Assembly: GCA_016297855.1 (NCBI GenBank)
Contig: JAEDFW010000001.1
Coordinates: forward strand, 1 to 63,763
Length of the DNA stretch: 63,763 nt
From: Oscillospiraceae bacterium
GTDB lineage: Bacteria; Bacillota; Clostridia; Oscillospirales; Oscillospiraceae
Direction: 5' to 3'
The translations under genes were made by a program, and so were the position numbers. How positions within the stretch are numbered: position 1 is the stretch's first letter; each line of letters begins with the position of its first letter. Shown here one piece after another: positions 8,986-18,222 of this stretch. The notes beneath the pieces were generated by a model, which made no database searches, was not told the DNA's origin, and saw nothing but the letters and a program-made list of their open reading frames with translations.

Positions 8986-9233
8986 GAGATTACCTCCTAT
9001 TGATTTGATGACGGAGGTAGTATCTGCAAGTGTTGGAGAATTATTCTATCCAAAGAAAAAAACTGCAATTCCTTTTCCATAGGAGCGGAGCGTGCTGCGC
9101 AGCGGCTTCATTTTTTGCAGGCTGGATATAAAGAAGGACGGACTTGCAAACGACCGGAGTATGTGTTATATGAGCGATAAATAAAACAGGCTGTACCTGT
9201 GTCTGAATCTTCGCAGGCGCACACATGATGTTA

Positions 9234-9268
9234 AACGCCCGCACAAAGCGATGCTTTGTGCGGGCGTT
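9234..9268. terminator. Terminator hairpin downstream of rodA/ftsW
   Basis: AACGCCCGCACAAAGC-GAT-GCTTTGTGCGGGCGTT, 16-bp inverted repeat. Confidence 0.75.
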
Positions 9269-9304
9269 GACACTGTATCCGGACAGCCGTCGTACAGCGC
9301 GTGA

Positions 9305-10456
9305 TTACGAATTCCTGGGCCGGATATACCGGGCGTTGATATCGGGTGCTGGGCGCATATTGACACCAGAGACGATACCCATGGCGATGAACATGGTTAC
9401 GATCGAGCTGCCGCCGTAGCTGAAAAACGGCAGCGTCAGGCCGATGACGGGAAGAAGGCCGAGACACATACCGACATTGATAAGAATCTGTGTGGTGAGC
9501 ATACCGGCGACGCCGATGCAGATAAGACGGTTCATGTAGTTGCCGGATTTGATGCCGACGTAGATGATGCGGATGATGATCGCACCGAGCAGAAGCAAAA
9601 CTGCAAGGCAGCCCAGCATGCCCAACTCTTCGCCGATGGCAGAGAAGATGAAGTCGTTCTGGCGCATGGGAAGCGTGCCGCTTTGCACCATCGTGCCGTT
9701 GTAAAGGCCCTGACCGCTGACACCGCCGTTTTGCAGCGCGCGCAGGCTGCAGTTCATCTGATAGCGCACATTCTGTGCGTGCGGGTCGATCGTCGGATCA
9801 AACAGGACCATGATACGCTCCTGCAGGTCGCTTCGCAGGAACCGCCACAGGAACGGCGACGCCGCCACGACCACGCCGAGACCGCCAAGGAACCAGACGA
9901 TGTTCACGCCGCCGACAAAGGCCATGAAGATAAAAATGAAGATATACTGCAGCGACACACCAATATCGTCGGACGCAACAATGATGAGCGCAAAGAAAAA
10001 CAGGGTGATCGCACCGAGCTGCAGGACCGTCAAAGGGGATGAAATCTTATTCTGCTTGACACTCATGGTTTTGGCAAGAATCAGGATAAACGGAATTTTA
10101 CAGATCTCGGCCGGCTGAATGTTGAACGGCAGCCAGGAAAAGTTCAGCCAGCTGCGGTTGCCCTGCTGCGTATCGCCCCAAAGAAAGAGCATGGAGATAA
10201 AGAGCGTACAAAGGATTATGAGAAGCTCGCGCCGCTCGGCAATGATATCGACGTCGATAAGAGAGAACAGTACATAGCAGATGATGCCGAGAATCAGTGC
10301 AAACAGCTGTATCGTGACATAGCGGCTGTTGCCGCCGTAGTTCGTTGCGCTGGAGATCGCGACGATGCCGAAAATGGTGGCCGTGACGCATAGCGACAGA
10401 AGAATCATATCCGCTTTTTTGAAAAAATCGCCGATTGCACGGAATATGCTTCGCAT
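9305..10456 (-). CDS. rodA: SEDS-family peptidoglycan glycosyltransferase (RodA/FtsW/SpoVE)
   Basis: GNRSW, IQPAEICK, NDFIFSAIGEELG and GLTLPFFSYGGSS motifs; start at 10456 from AAGGAGG RBS. The paralogue assignment (rodA vs ftsW/spoVE) is inferred. Confidence 0.88.
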   Translation of the reverse strand: MRSIFRAIGDFFKKADMILLSLCVTATIFGIVAISSATNYGGNSRYVTIQLFALILGIICYVLFSLIDVDIIAERRELLIILCTLFISMLFLWGDTQQGNRSWLNFSWLPFNIQPAEICKIPFILILAKTMSVKQNKISSPLTVLQLGAITLFFFALIIVASDDIGVSLQYIFIFIFMAFVGGVNIVWFLGGLGVVVAASPFLWRFLRSDLQERIMVLFDPTIDPHAQNVRYQMNCSLRALQNGGVSGQGLYNGTMVQSGTLPMRQNDFIFSAIGEELGMLGCLAVLLLLGAIIIRIIYVGIKSGNYMNRLICIGVAGMLTTQILINVGMCLGLLPVIGLTLPFFSYGGSSIVTMFIAMGIVSGVNMRPAPDINARYIRPRNS

Positions 10457-10594
10457 ACCGCCGCCTCCTTTCGCGCAGTTTCCTACATTGTAGCAAAGAA
10501 ACGCCTTTCTGTAAATCAAAAAATCGTTCCATCGGAGCGGACGGTGAGAAAACGGAAATATGGCTGAAAATACACTGGAATTTTTGCAAAGGCT

Positions 10595-10623
10595 TTGCAA
10601 TTCACAAGACAATATGCTATAAT
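10595..10623 (+). promoter_or_regulatory. Sigma-A promoter of tsaE-tsaB-upp
   Basis: TTGCAA-N17-TATAAT with extended TG; divergent TTTACA-N17-TACAAT promoter for rodA at 10487-10515. Confidence 0.7.
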
Positions 10624-10675
10624 ACAGCGCGGTTAACTGCAAATTCGATTTTTGGGGAAAGAAGCGGAGGATGCG

Positions 10676-11119
10676 ATGCGTTTTCTGACACATTCGGCAC
10701 TTGAGACCGAGAGAGTGGGAAGCCGGTTGGCCGCACAGCTGCGTGCAGGCGACGTGATCGCATATTACGGCGGGCTGGGCGCGGGTAAGACGGCCTTTAC
10801 GCGCGGGCTTGCCGCGGGACTGGGCGTGACAGACGCAGTCACAAGCCCCACCTATACCATTGTCAATGAATATATGTCCGGTCGGATTCCGCTGTTTCAT
10901 TTCGACATGTACCGCCTTTGCTCCAGCGAAGAACTGTTCGATATCGGCTGGGAGGACTATCTTGCGCGCGGCGGCGTGTGCGCTGTGGAGTGGAGCGAAA
11001 ACGTGGAAGACGCGCTCACGGGCGCGATCCGCGTTTCGATCGAGACGCTTGGCACGGATCCCGACGCGCGCGTCATCACCATCACCGGAGGCGAAACGCT
11101 TGAAGATTTTAGCCTTTGA
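10676..11119 (+). CDS. tsaE: tRNA t6A biosynthesis ATPase TsaE
   Basis: GLGAGKT Walker A, VTSPTYTIVNEY, HFDMYRL and VEW motifs. Confidence 0.96.
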   Translation: MRFLTHSALETERVGSRLAAQLRAGDVIAYYGGLGAGKTAFTRGLAAGLGVTDAVTSPTYTIVNEYMSGRIPLFHFDMYRLCSSEELFDIGWEDYLARGGVCAVEWSENVEDALTGAIRVSIETLGTDPDARVITITGGETLEDFSL

Positions 11120-11804
11120 ATCCTCGGCCAAGGCCGCGAGTGCCGCACTGCTCTGTGACGGCATGCTGCTGGCCGAGTACACGCAGAATTCCGGCCAGAC
11201 GCACAGCCGTACGCTCATGCAGATGGCGGAGGATATGGTAAAAAACTGCGACCTCACTGCGCAGGACATTGATGCAGTCGCGGTCGCAGCAGGACCAGGC
11301 AGCTTTACCGGCGTGCGCATCGGCGTAGCGGCGGCGAAGGGCTTTGTCTGGGGACGGCAGCTGCCGCTGTATGGCGTATCAACGCTCGAGGCGATGGCAT
11401 TTGGCGCGGCAGTGGCTGAGGGCGTGTACTGCGCATGCATGGACGCGCGGCGTGATCAGCTATACAACGCGCTGTTTTGTCTGAAAAACGGTGAGTTTTC
11501 CAGACTCTGCGAAGACCGGGCGCTGGCCGTTTCTGAGCTGGCGGAGGAGCTTTCACAGATGCAGGAGCCGATTTGGTTGGTGGGTGACGGCGCAAAGCTC
11601 TGCTTTGACGCGCTGCATGAGAGCCTTTCACAGCTGCGGCTGCTGCCGGAGCATCTTCGCCAGCAAAAAGCCGCGGGCGTGGCTCTTTGCGCGCAGCGCA
11701 TGGCGGATGCCGGGGCAGATGGAGACGCGAAAACGCTTGCGCCCAGCTATCTGCGCCTATCGCAGGCCGAACGCGAGCGCAACGCGCGCTTACAACACGG
11801 GTAA
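11100..11804 (+). CDS. tsaB: tRNA t6A biosynthesis protein TsaB
   Basis: TTG start (MKILAFESS), [21 protein letters not shown] and PSYLR motifs. Confidence 0.95.
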   Translation: MKILAFESSAKAASAALLCDGMLLAEYTQNSGQTHSRTLMQMAEDMVKNCDLTAQDIDAVAVAAGPGSFTGVRIGVAAAKGFVWGRQLPLYGVSTLEAMAFGAAVAEGVYCACMDARRDQLYNALFCLKNGEFSRLCEDRALAVSELAEELSQMQEPIWLVGDGAKLCFDALHESLSQLRLLPEHLRQQKAAGVALCAQRMADAGADGDAKTLAPSYLRLSQAERERNARLQHG

Positions 11805-11844
11805 ATCAAAACACTCATATAAACACGCAGAAAGGGAGATTACT

Positions 11845-12492
11845 ATGATTGACAACAGATTCGGTGAACATGTCCATGTGATGGACCATCCGCTGGTTGC
11901 ACACAAGCTGAGCATCCTGCGCGATAAGAACACGAGCGTCAAGGATTTCCGTGAACTGGTGTCCGAGATCGGTATGCTGATCACATACGAAGCCACGCGC
12001 GATCTGCCGCTGACGACCAAGACGGTCGAAACGCCGCTGTGCAAGGCGGAGCTTCCCACGCTGGCCGGCAAGAAGATCGCGGTTGTTCCCATTCTGCGTG
12101 CGGGCCTTGGCCTGGTTGACGGTGTTCTGCGCATGGTTCCTGCGGCGCGTGTGGGCCATATCGGCATGTTCCGCGACGAAGAAACGCTTGAGCCGCACAC
12201 GTACTTCTGCAAGATGCCCAAGGACATCGCCGAACGCGATGTGATGATCGTTGATCCGATGCTTGCTACCGGCGGCTCGGCTGACGCGGCGATCGCGGAA
12301 CTCAAAAAGCGCGGCTGCGGCAGCATCAAGCTGATGGTGCTGGTTGCGGCTCCCGTTGGCATCGAACTGATCCGCAAGAACCATCCCGATGTGGAGATCT
12401 ACTGCGGCGCAGTGGATGATCACCTCAACGAGCACGGCTATATCGTTCCCGGTCTCGGCGACGCGGGCGACCGTATCTTCGGCACCAAGTAA
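11845..12492 (+). CDS. upp: Uracil phosphoribosyltransferase
   Basis: [26 protein letters not shown] and [16 protein letters not shown] motifs. Confidence 0.98.
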   Translation: MIDNRFGEHVHVMDHPLVAHKLSILRDKNTSVKDFRELVSEIGMLITYEATRDLPLTTKTVETPLCKAELPTLAGKKIAVVPILRAGLGLVDGVLRMVPAARVGHIGMFRDEETLEPHTYFCKMPKDIAERDVMIVDPMLATGGSADAAIAELKKRGCGSIKLMVLVAAPVGIELIRKNHPDVEIYCGAVDDHLNEHGYIVPGLGDAGDRIFGTK

Positions 12493-12500
12493 GATCTGGC

Positions 12501-12538
12501 AAGCCGGTGAAAGCCAATGGTTTTCACCGGCTTTTTTC
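12501..12538 (+). terminator. Intrinsic terminator after upp
   Basis: AAGCCGGTGAAAGCC-AAT-GGTTTTCACCGGCTTTTTT. Confidence 0.85.
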
Positions 12539-12548
12539 CGCGCTTTTC

Positions 12549-12577
12549 TTGACTTTATCGCGCACAGTAGGTATAAT
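12549..12577 (+). promoter_or_regulatory. Sigma-A promoter of the NifU-like/GGGtGRT operon
   Basis: TTGACT-N17-TATAAT. Confidence 0.8.
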
Positions 12578-12652
12578 TCTACTGTAATATCGGCCAGTTT
12601 GGGCTGCTTGCAGTTCTATGGCCTGGAGAATACTCTGAAAGGAAAGATTCTT

Positions 12653-13345
12653 ATGATCTATACTGCGGAAGTTCAGCATATGTGCCCCGTTGCCAAGGGC
12701 GCATATCACGGCCCGGCTCCCATCCCCGAAGAGGGCAAATGGGTCCAGGCAAAGGAAATCAAGGATATCTCCGGCTTTACTCACGGTGTGGGCTGGTGCG
12801 CGCCGCAGCAGGGTGCGTGCAAGCTGACGCTGAATATTAAAGACGGTGTGATTGAAGAGGCGCTGGTTGAGACCCTGGGCTGCTCCGGCATGACCCACTC
12901 TGCGGCGATGGCTTCTGAAATCCTCATCGGCAAGACGATCCTTGAGGCGCTCAACACCGACCTCGTCTGCGACGCCATCAATACTGCCATGCGCGAGCTG
13001 TTTTTGCAGATCGTCTATGGCCGCAGCCAGTCTGCGTTCTCCGAGGGCGGTCTCGCCGTCGGCGCTTCGCTGGAAGATCTCGGCAAGGGCCTGAGAAGCC
13101 AGGTCGGCACGATGTTCGCCACCAAGGAAAAGGGCCCGCGTTATCTGGAAATGGCCGAAGGCTATGTCACCAGAGTCGCACTCAACAAGGACGATGAGAT
13201 CATCGGCTACGAGTTTATCAACTTCGGCAAGATGATGGACTTCATCAAGCAGGGCACCGAGCCCGCCGAGGCGCTTGAGAAGGCAAAGGGTCACTACGGC
13301 CAGTGGGATTCCGCTGCCAAGTACATCGACCCCCGCAAGGACTAA
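12653..13345 (+). CDS. NifU/IscU-N-like 'iron-sulfur cluster assembly scaffold' protein partnered with GGGtGRT
   Basis: GWCAPQQGACKLTL, ETLGCSGMTHSA, DLVCDAIN and GRSQSAFSEGGL; GAAAGGA RBS. Confidence 0.85.
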   Translation: MIYTAEVQHMCPVAKGAYHGPAPIPEEGKWVQAKEIKDISGFTHGVGWCAPQQGACKLTLNIKDGVIEEALVETLGCSGMTHSAAMASEILIGKTILEALNTDLVCDAINTAMRELFLQIVYGRSQSAFSEGGLAVGASLEDLGKGLRSQVGTMFATKEKGPRYLEMAEGYVTRVALNKDDEIIGYEFINFGKMMDFIKQGTEPAEALEKAKGHYGQWDSAAKYIDPRKD

Positions 13346-13362
13346 AGAAGGAGGACACGAAG

Positions 13363-14364
13363 ATGGCTTTGTTTGAAAGTTACGAAAGAAGAATCAACAA
13401 GATCAATGGCGTCCTCGCACAGTATGGCATCGAGTCCGTGGAGGCTTGCCGCGAGATGTGCCAGGCCAAGGGCTTTGACCCGTATGAGATCGTCAAGGGC
13501 ATCCAGCCCATCTGCTTTGAGAATGCCTGCTGGGCGTACACCGTGGGCGCGGCTATCGCGCTGAAGAAGAATGTCAAGTCCGCCGCTGAGGCAGCTACCG
13601 CCATCGGCGAGGGCCTGCAGGCGTTCTGCATCGACGGTTCCGTCGCTGACGACCGCAAGGTCGGTCTGGGCCACGGCAATCTGGGTGCGATGCTGCTTTC
13701 CGAGGACTCCAAGTGCTTCTGCTTCCTGGCCGGCCACGAGTCCTTTGCCGCTGCTGAAGGCGCCATCGGTATTGTCAAGAACGCCAATAAGGCGCGCAAG
13801 ACCCCGCTGCGCGTTATCCTGAACGGCCTCGGCAAGGATGCTGCGCAGATCATCTCCCGTATCAACGGCTTTACCTATGTGCAGACCCAGTTTGACTACG
13901 CCACCGGCGAGGTCAATGTCGTGCGCGAGATCGCGTACTCCGACGGCGAGCGTGCCAACGTCCGCTGCTACGGCGCTGACGACGTGCGCGAAGGCGTTGC
14001 CATCATGCACAAGGAAGGCGTTGACGTCTCCATCACCGGCAACTCCACCAACCCCACCCGCTTCCAGCATCCCGTCGCCGGCACCTACAAGAAAGAGTGC
14101 GTCCAGATGGGCAAGAAGTACTTCTCCGTCGCTTCCGGCGGCGGCACGGGCCGTACGCTGCATCCGGATAATATGGCAGCCGGTCCTGCTTCCTACGGCA
14201 TGACCGACACCATGGGCCGTATGCACTCGGACGCCCAGTTCGCGGGTTCGTCCTCCGTCCCGGCGCACGTGGAAATGATGGGCTTCCTCGGCATGGGCAA
14301 CAACCCCATGGTCGGCGCTACCGTCGCTGTGGCCGTTGCTGTCGAGCAGGCACTCAAGGGCTAA
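13363..14364 (+). CDS. GGGtGRT family protein
   Basis: SGGGTGRTLHPDNM signature; MALFESYERRI N-terminus; AAGGAGG RBS. Confidence 0.93.
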   Translation: MALFESYERRINKINGVLAQYGIESVEACREMCQAKGFDPYEIVKGIQPICFENACWAYTVGAAIALKKNVKSAAEAATAIGEGLQAFCIDGSVADDRKVGLGHGNLGAMLLSEDSKCFCFLAGHESFAAAEGAIGIVKNANKARKTPLRVILNGLGKDAAQIISRINGFTYVQTQFDYATGEVNVVREIAYSDGERANVRCYGADDVREGVAIMHKEGVDVSITGNSTNPTRFQHPVAGTYKKECVQMGKKYFSVASGGGTGRTLHPDNMAAGPASYGMTDTMGRMHSDAQFAGSSSVPAHVEMMGFLGMGNNPMVGATVAVAVAVEQALKG

Positions 14365-14389
14365 ATACTACGCCAAGACAGATTGAAAC

Positions 14390-14425
14390 TAAATGCCGCA
14401 CCGGGCTTCTGGTGCGGCATTTTTT
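14390..14425 (+). terminator. Intrinsic terminator
   Basis: AAATGCCGCACCGG-GCTT-CTGGTGCGGCATTTTTT. Confidence 0.8.
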
Positions 14426-14476
14426 AAAAGCTTGGACATAGTGGAAAAATTCGAAAGAGAATAAGAGGAGACAAAG

Positions 14477-15886
14477 ATGAAGCGGAAACTGTTGTCGATT
14501 CTATTGATGATACTGCTCATGGCTGGTATGTGTCTGCCGGTTTTTGCCGCAGGTGTGTCCGATCCGGCGGCAAAGAATGCAGCGGACAGCCTGCACGCAC
14601 TGGGGCTTTTTACTGGTACCGGAACCGGTGCTGACGGAAAACCAAATTACGATCTTAACCGCGCACCCACGCGGCAGGAGGCTGTAACCATGTTGGTGCG
14701 CCTGCTCGGAAAAGAAGAAGAGGCCAAGGGCGGCTACTGGCAGACACCGTTTACCGATGTTGACAGCTGGGCCGCGCCGTACGTTGGCTATGCCTATGAA
14801 AATGGCCTGACAAACGGCACGGGCGCGACCACCTTTGGCGGTAGCCAAAGCGTCAGTGCCACGCAGTACATTACCTTCATTCTGCGTGCGCTGGGCTATT
14901 CGTCAAAAACAGATTTTGCGTGGGATCGCGCGTGGGAGAAATCCGACGCGCTTGGCATTACTGACGGCAGCTATTCTGCAAACAACAATGCTGCCTTTAC
15001 ACGCGGCGATGTGGCGATGATCTCTATCTCCGCGTTGGCCTCCGGAATGAAGGATGGCGGCTCACTGCTTGACAATTTGGTTGCTGCTGGCGCGGTTTCG
15101 GAGCAGACTGCATGGGAAAGCGGGCTCATGTATACGGCGTATGTCCGGTCGCTGCTTGCCATGGACGGAGAGCAGTACACAATCAAACTGGACAAGGATC
15201 GGTTTGTCCAGTCGGAAAAGTTATTGGAACTGGTGGGTGAGTATGATGCGTATACGGGATTTGCAAAAATGGACGATCCGCATCCGCTGCAAACCGTTTT
15301 GACAGAGGCGCTCAGAGAGTATACCGTAAAATGCATGGACGGGGACTATTCTCAGATCGGCGTTCCCGGCTGGAACAAATTTACCGTATCAGAGGGCCTT
15401 TACACAGGTGCGCTGATCACCGACAGCAGAGGCGCTATTCTGGGCTATGGCATCTGCGAGGATCCCGCGTCTGACGAGTTCACTGTTGTGACATTCAAAA
15501 CGGATTCGCGCCCATTTATCAATGCAAGCGTGGCATTTGCCAAGGCATCGCTCAACACCATTCCGGAAATTGCCTGCAGTATGGTGGAAGAGAACGGAAC
15601 GTTCGTTTTCCACTTTGAAGGCATCCCCGAAAAAGCGGTGTGGATGAAGAAAATGGTGTCCGGTTACAGCAGAGAAGCAAGCGTTCAATGGGTGGATCGG
15701 TCGCTTGCTACCATGTCGGGTTGGTCACAGCAGGATCGCAAAAGAATTTGTACCGATCCTGTGCAGAATCCTTTCACCGGTGATCCAGTGTCTCATGAAT
15801 GGCAGACTGTCTTTGCAGTTTTTGTTTTTCTGGATCAGGATTACAACATAGTCGGCTACAGCCTCGGCCAGACGCAGGTCAAATAA
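14477..15886 (+). CDS. Secreted S-layer homology domain protein with unrecognised C-terminal region
   Basis: Signal peptide; SLH motifs PTRQEAVTMLVRLLG, PFTDVDSWAAPYVGYAY and FTRGDVA. Confidence 0.88.
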   Translation: MKRKLLSILLMILLMAGMCLPVFAAGVSDPAAKNAADSLHALGLFTGTGTGADGKPNYDLNRAPTRQEAVTMLVRLLGKEEEAKGGYWQTPFTDVDSWAAPYVGYAYENGLTNGTGATTFGGSQSVSATQYITFILRALGYSSKTDFAWDRAWEKSDALGITDGSYSANNNAAFTRGDVAMISISALASGMKDGGSLLDNLVAAGAVSEQTAWESGLMYTAYVRSLLAMDGEQYTIKLDKDRFVQSEKLLELVGEYDAYTGFAKMDDPHPLQTVLTEALREYTVKCMDGDYSQIGVPGWNKFTVSEGLYTGALITDSRGAILGYGICEDPASDEFTVVTFKTDSRPFINASVAFAKASLNTIPEIACSMVEENGTFVFHFEGIPEKAVWMKKMVSGYSREASVQWVDRSLATMSGWSQQDRKRICTDPVQNPFTGDPVSHEWQTVFAVFVFLDQDYNIVGYSLGQTQVK

Positions 15887-15905
15887 TCAGCTGCCCGCGC
15901 AGATA

Positions 15906-15943
15906 AAACCGGACGTTCAGAGCAATCTGAACGTCCGGTTTTT
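15906..15943 (+). terminator. Intrinsic terminator
   Basis: AAACCGGACGTTCAGA-GCAA-TCTGAACGTCCGGTTTTT. Confidence 0.85.
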
Positions 15944-16043
15944 ATGGCTGTTATGCGTTTGCCTGCAAAAATCCGACGCTCTTTCACATCCGAGACGGCC
16001 GCTGTATATATTGGCGTAAGACGAAACGGAGGAGTGGTGGCAT

Positions 16044-16292
16044 ATGACAAAGCGGCTGCGATTATCGCAACTGTGTCAGGGACAGACGGCGGTGGTGAAA
16101 GAGATTTTCCTGCACGGCGAGATGCGGAGAAGGGTGTATGATCTGGGACTGATCCCCGGAACTTGCGTCAAGCGGCTGCACGCCGCGCCGGCCGGAAGTC
16201 CCATCGCCTATGCCGTGCGGGGCGCAGTGATTGCGCTGCGACGGTGCGATGCACAGCACATTGCTGCTGAGGTGGATGCGGCATGGCTCTGA
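16044..16292 (+). CDS. feoA: Ferrous iron transport protein A
   Basis: RRRVYDLGLIPGT, APAGSPIAYAVRGAVIALR; overlaps the feoB start. Confidence 0.92.
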   Translation: MTKRLRLSQLCQGQTAVVKEIFLHGEMRRRVYDLGLIPGTCVKRLHAAPAGSPIAYAVRGAVIALRRCDAQHIAAEVDAAWL

Positions 16293-18169
16293 CAAAGCAG
16301 GCAATGGCTGCGCACGCCGCAGAGACATCCGAATTTCGCCGGGAACCGAACCGGAAGGTCGTGGCGCTGATGGGAAATCCCAACGTGGGCAAGAGCACGG
16401 TTTTTAACGCCCTTACGGGACTGAACCAGCATACCGGCAACTGGCCGGGCAAGACCGTGGTGCTGGCGCAGGGGCAATATACATACAAGGCCGAGCGCTA
16501 TACGCTTGTTGATCTGCCGGGCACCTATTCGCTTCTGAGTAGGTCGGAAGAAGAGCGCGTGGCAGTGTCGTTTTTGCAGGCGGCGCAGGCGGACTGTGTG
16601 GTTGTGGTCTGCGATGGCACATGTCTTGCGCGCAACCTGATGCTTGCGCTGCAGGTGATGGAACTGACGACGCAGGTGATCGTGTGCGTGAATCTGCTTG
16701 ATGAGGCGCGCAAACGCGAGATAACGATTGATCTGCGCGCACTGGAACGGCTGCTGGGCGTACCGGTTGTCGGTACGGCCGCAGGAAAGCGAGAGGGACT
16801 TTCCGGGCTCCTTGAGCGTATCCGCAGCGTCACTGACGGCTTTGAGCAGCCGCATCCAAAGACGCATGAGACGCAGGAATATGGTGGGCAGCCGCTGCTG
16901 CAGCTATTGGAAAATGGAACGCAGCGGCAGGCAGACACAGCAGCAAAGTGCTTTGTTCGCAGGGCAGAAGCGCTTGCCGGCGCAGCCGTATGCGGCGGCG
17001 ACAGCGCATATAATCGGCGGCAGCAGAAACTTGACCGGATTCTGACCGGAAAACTGACCGGCATTCCCATATTGATGCTGGGACTGCTTATAATTTTCTG
17101 GCTGACAATCGAGGGGGCAAATGTGCCTTCACAGCTGCTGCAGTACGTCTTTGATGCGCTGGGGAGGCTTGCGTGGCGTGCAGCGGATGCAATGCGCTTG
17201 CCGCAGATACTATCGTCTGCACTGCTGGACGGCGTGTACGCGACCACCGCGCGCGTCGTGGCTGTGATGCTGCCGCCGATCACGATTTTCTTTCCTCTGT
17301 TTTCGTTGCTCGAGGACGTGGGATATCTGCCGCGCGTGGCGTTTCTGCTGGACGCAGGCTTTGCACGCTGCGGCGCGTGCGGCAAGCAGGCGCTCAGCAT
17401 GTGTATGGGCTTTGGCTGCAACGCTGCGGGTGTCGTGGGATGCCGGATCATAGACTCGCCGCGCGAGCGGCTGATCGGCATTCTCACAAACTGCTTTGTG
17501 CCGTGCAACGGACGGTTCCCGGCGCTGATCGTACTGGGCTGCGCGCTGATGGGCGGCAGGGGAAACAGCTTTTTTTCAGCTGCCGTTCTGACCGGATGCG
17601 TGCTTGCCGGGGTGGCAATGACATTTTTGGCATCGCTGCTCCTCAGCAGAACAGCTCTGCGCGGCATGCCGTCGTCGTTTGTGATGGAACTGCCGCCGCT
17701 GAGAAAGCCGAACATCGGACGCGTAATCATTCGCGCGATCCTCGACAGGACGCTGTATGTTCTCGGGCGGGCGGTAATGGTGGCGGCTCCGGCTGGGCTC
17801 ATCATCTGGTGTATGCTGCATATTCCCGCCGGTGAAGCAGCATGCGCATATTGGCTGGCCGGCGTTTTTCAGCCGGTTGGCGCGTGGCTTGGAATGAGCG
17901 GAGCAATTCTGCTGGCGTTTCTTATGGGGTTTCCGGCGAATGAACTGGTGCTGCCGATGATGATTACGCTTGGCGCAGGGGAGCCGGATGGATGGCCGCT
18001 GCGGATGATTCTCTGTACAATGGTGTTTTTTCTGTTTCACTGGCCGTGCAGCACAAGCGTACTGACTATCAAAAAAGAGACGGGAAGCGTCAAGTGGACG
18101 ATCGCTTCGGTTGTACTGCCAACGGCAGTGGGCGTGCTGCTTTGCCGGGTGCTGACGCTGTTGATCTGA
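16283..18169 (+). CDS. feoB: Ferrous iron transporter B
   Basis: GNPNVGKS, GNWPGKTV, DLPGTYSL and NLLD G-domain motifs; GYLPRVAF, MGFGCN and FVMELPP membrane motifs. Confidence 0.93.
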   Translation: MALTKQAMAAHAAETSEFRREPNRKVVALMGNPNVGKSTVFNALTGLNQHTGNWPGKTVVLAQGQYTYKAERYTLVDLPGTYSLLSRSEEERVAVSFLQAAQADCVVVVCDGTCLARNLMLALQVMELTTQVIVCVNLLDEARKREITIDLRALERLLGVPVVGTAAGKREGLSGLLERIRSVTDGFEQPHPKTHETQEYGGQPLLQLLENGTQRQADTAAKCFVRRAEALAGAAVCGGDSAYNRRQQKLDRILTGKLTGIPILMLGLLIIFWLTIEGANVPSQLLQYVFDALGRLAWRAADAMRLPQILSSALLDGVYATTARVVAVMLPPITIFFPLFSLLEDVGYLPRVAFLLDAGFARCGACGKQALSMCMGFGCNAAGVVGCRIIDSPRERLIGILTNCFVPCNGRFPALIVLGCALMGGRGNSFFSAAVLTGCVLAGVAMTFLASLLLSRTALRGMPSSFVMELPPLRKPNIGRVIIRAILDRTLYVLGRAVMVAAPAGLIIWCMLHIPAGEAACAYWLAGVFQPVGAWLGMSGAILLAFLMGFPANELVLPMMITLGAGEPDGWPLRMILCTMVFFLFHWPCSTSVLTIKKETGSVKWTIASVVLPTAVGVLLCRVLTLLI

Positions 18170-18173
18170 CAAA

Positions 18174-18208
18174 AAAAGACTGCCGCAACTTCATGCGGCA
18201 GTCTTTTG
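18174..18208. terminator. Bidirectional terminator between feoB and rplL
   Basis: AAAAGACTGCCGCA-ACTTCA-TGCGGCAGTCTTTT. Confidence 0.85.
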
Positions 18209-18222
18209 GCTGTGAGAAAAAC

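Noticed and set aside
10457..11440. Apparent 711-aa RodA fusion with a long N-terminal extension
   Set aside because: The extension is antisense to tsaE/tsaB and crosses the divergent promoters; a strong RBS and promoter define the start at 10456.
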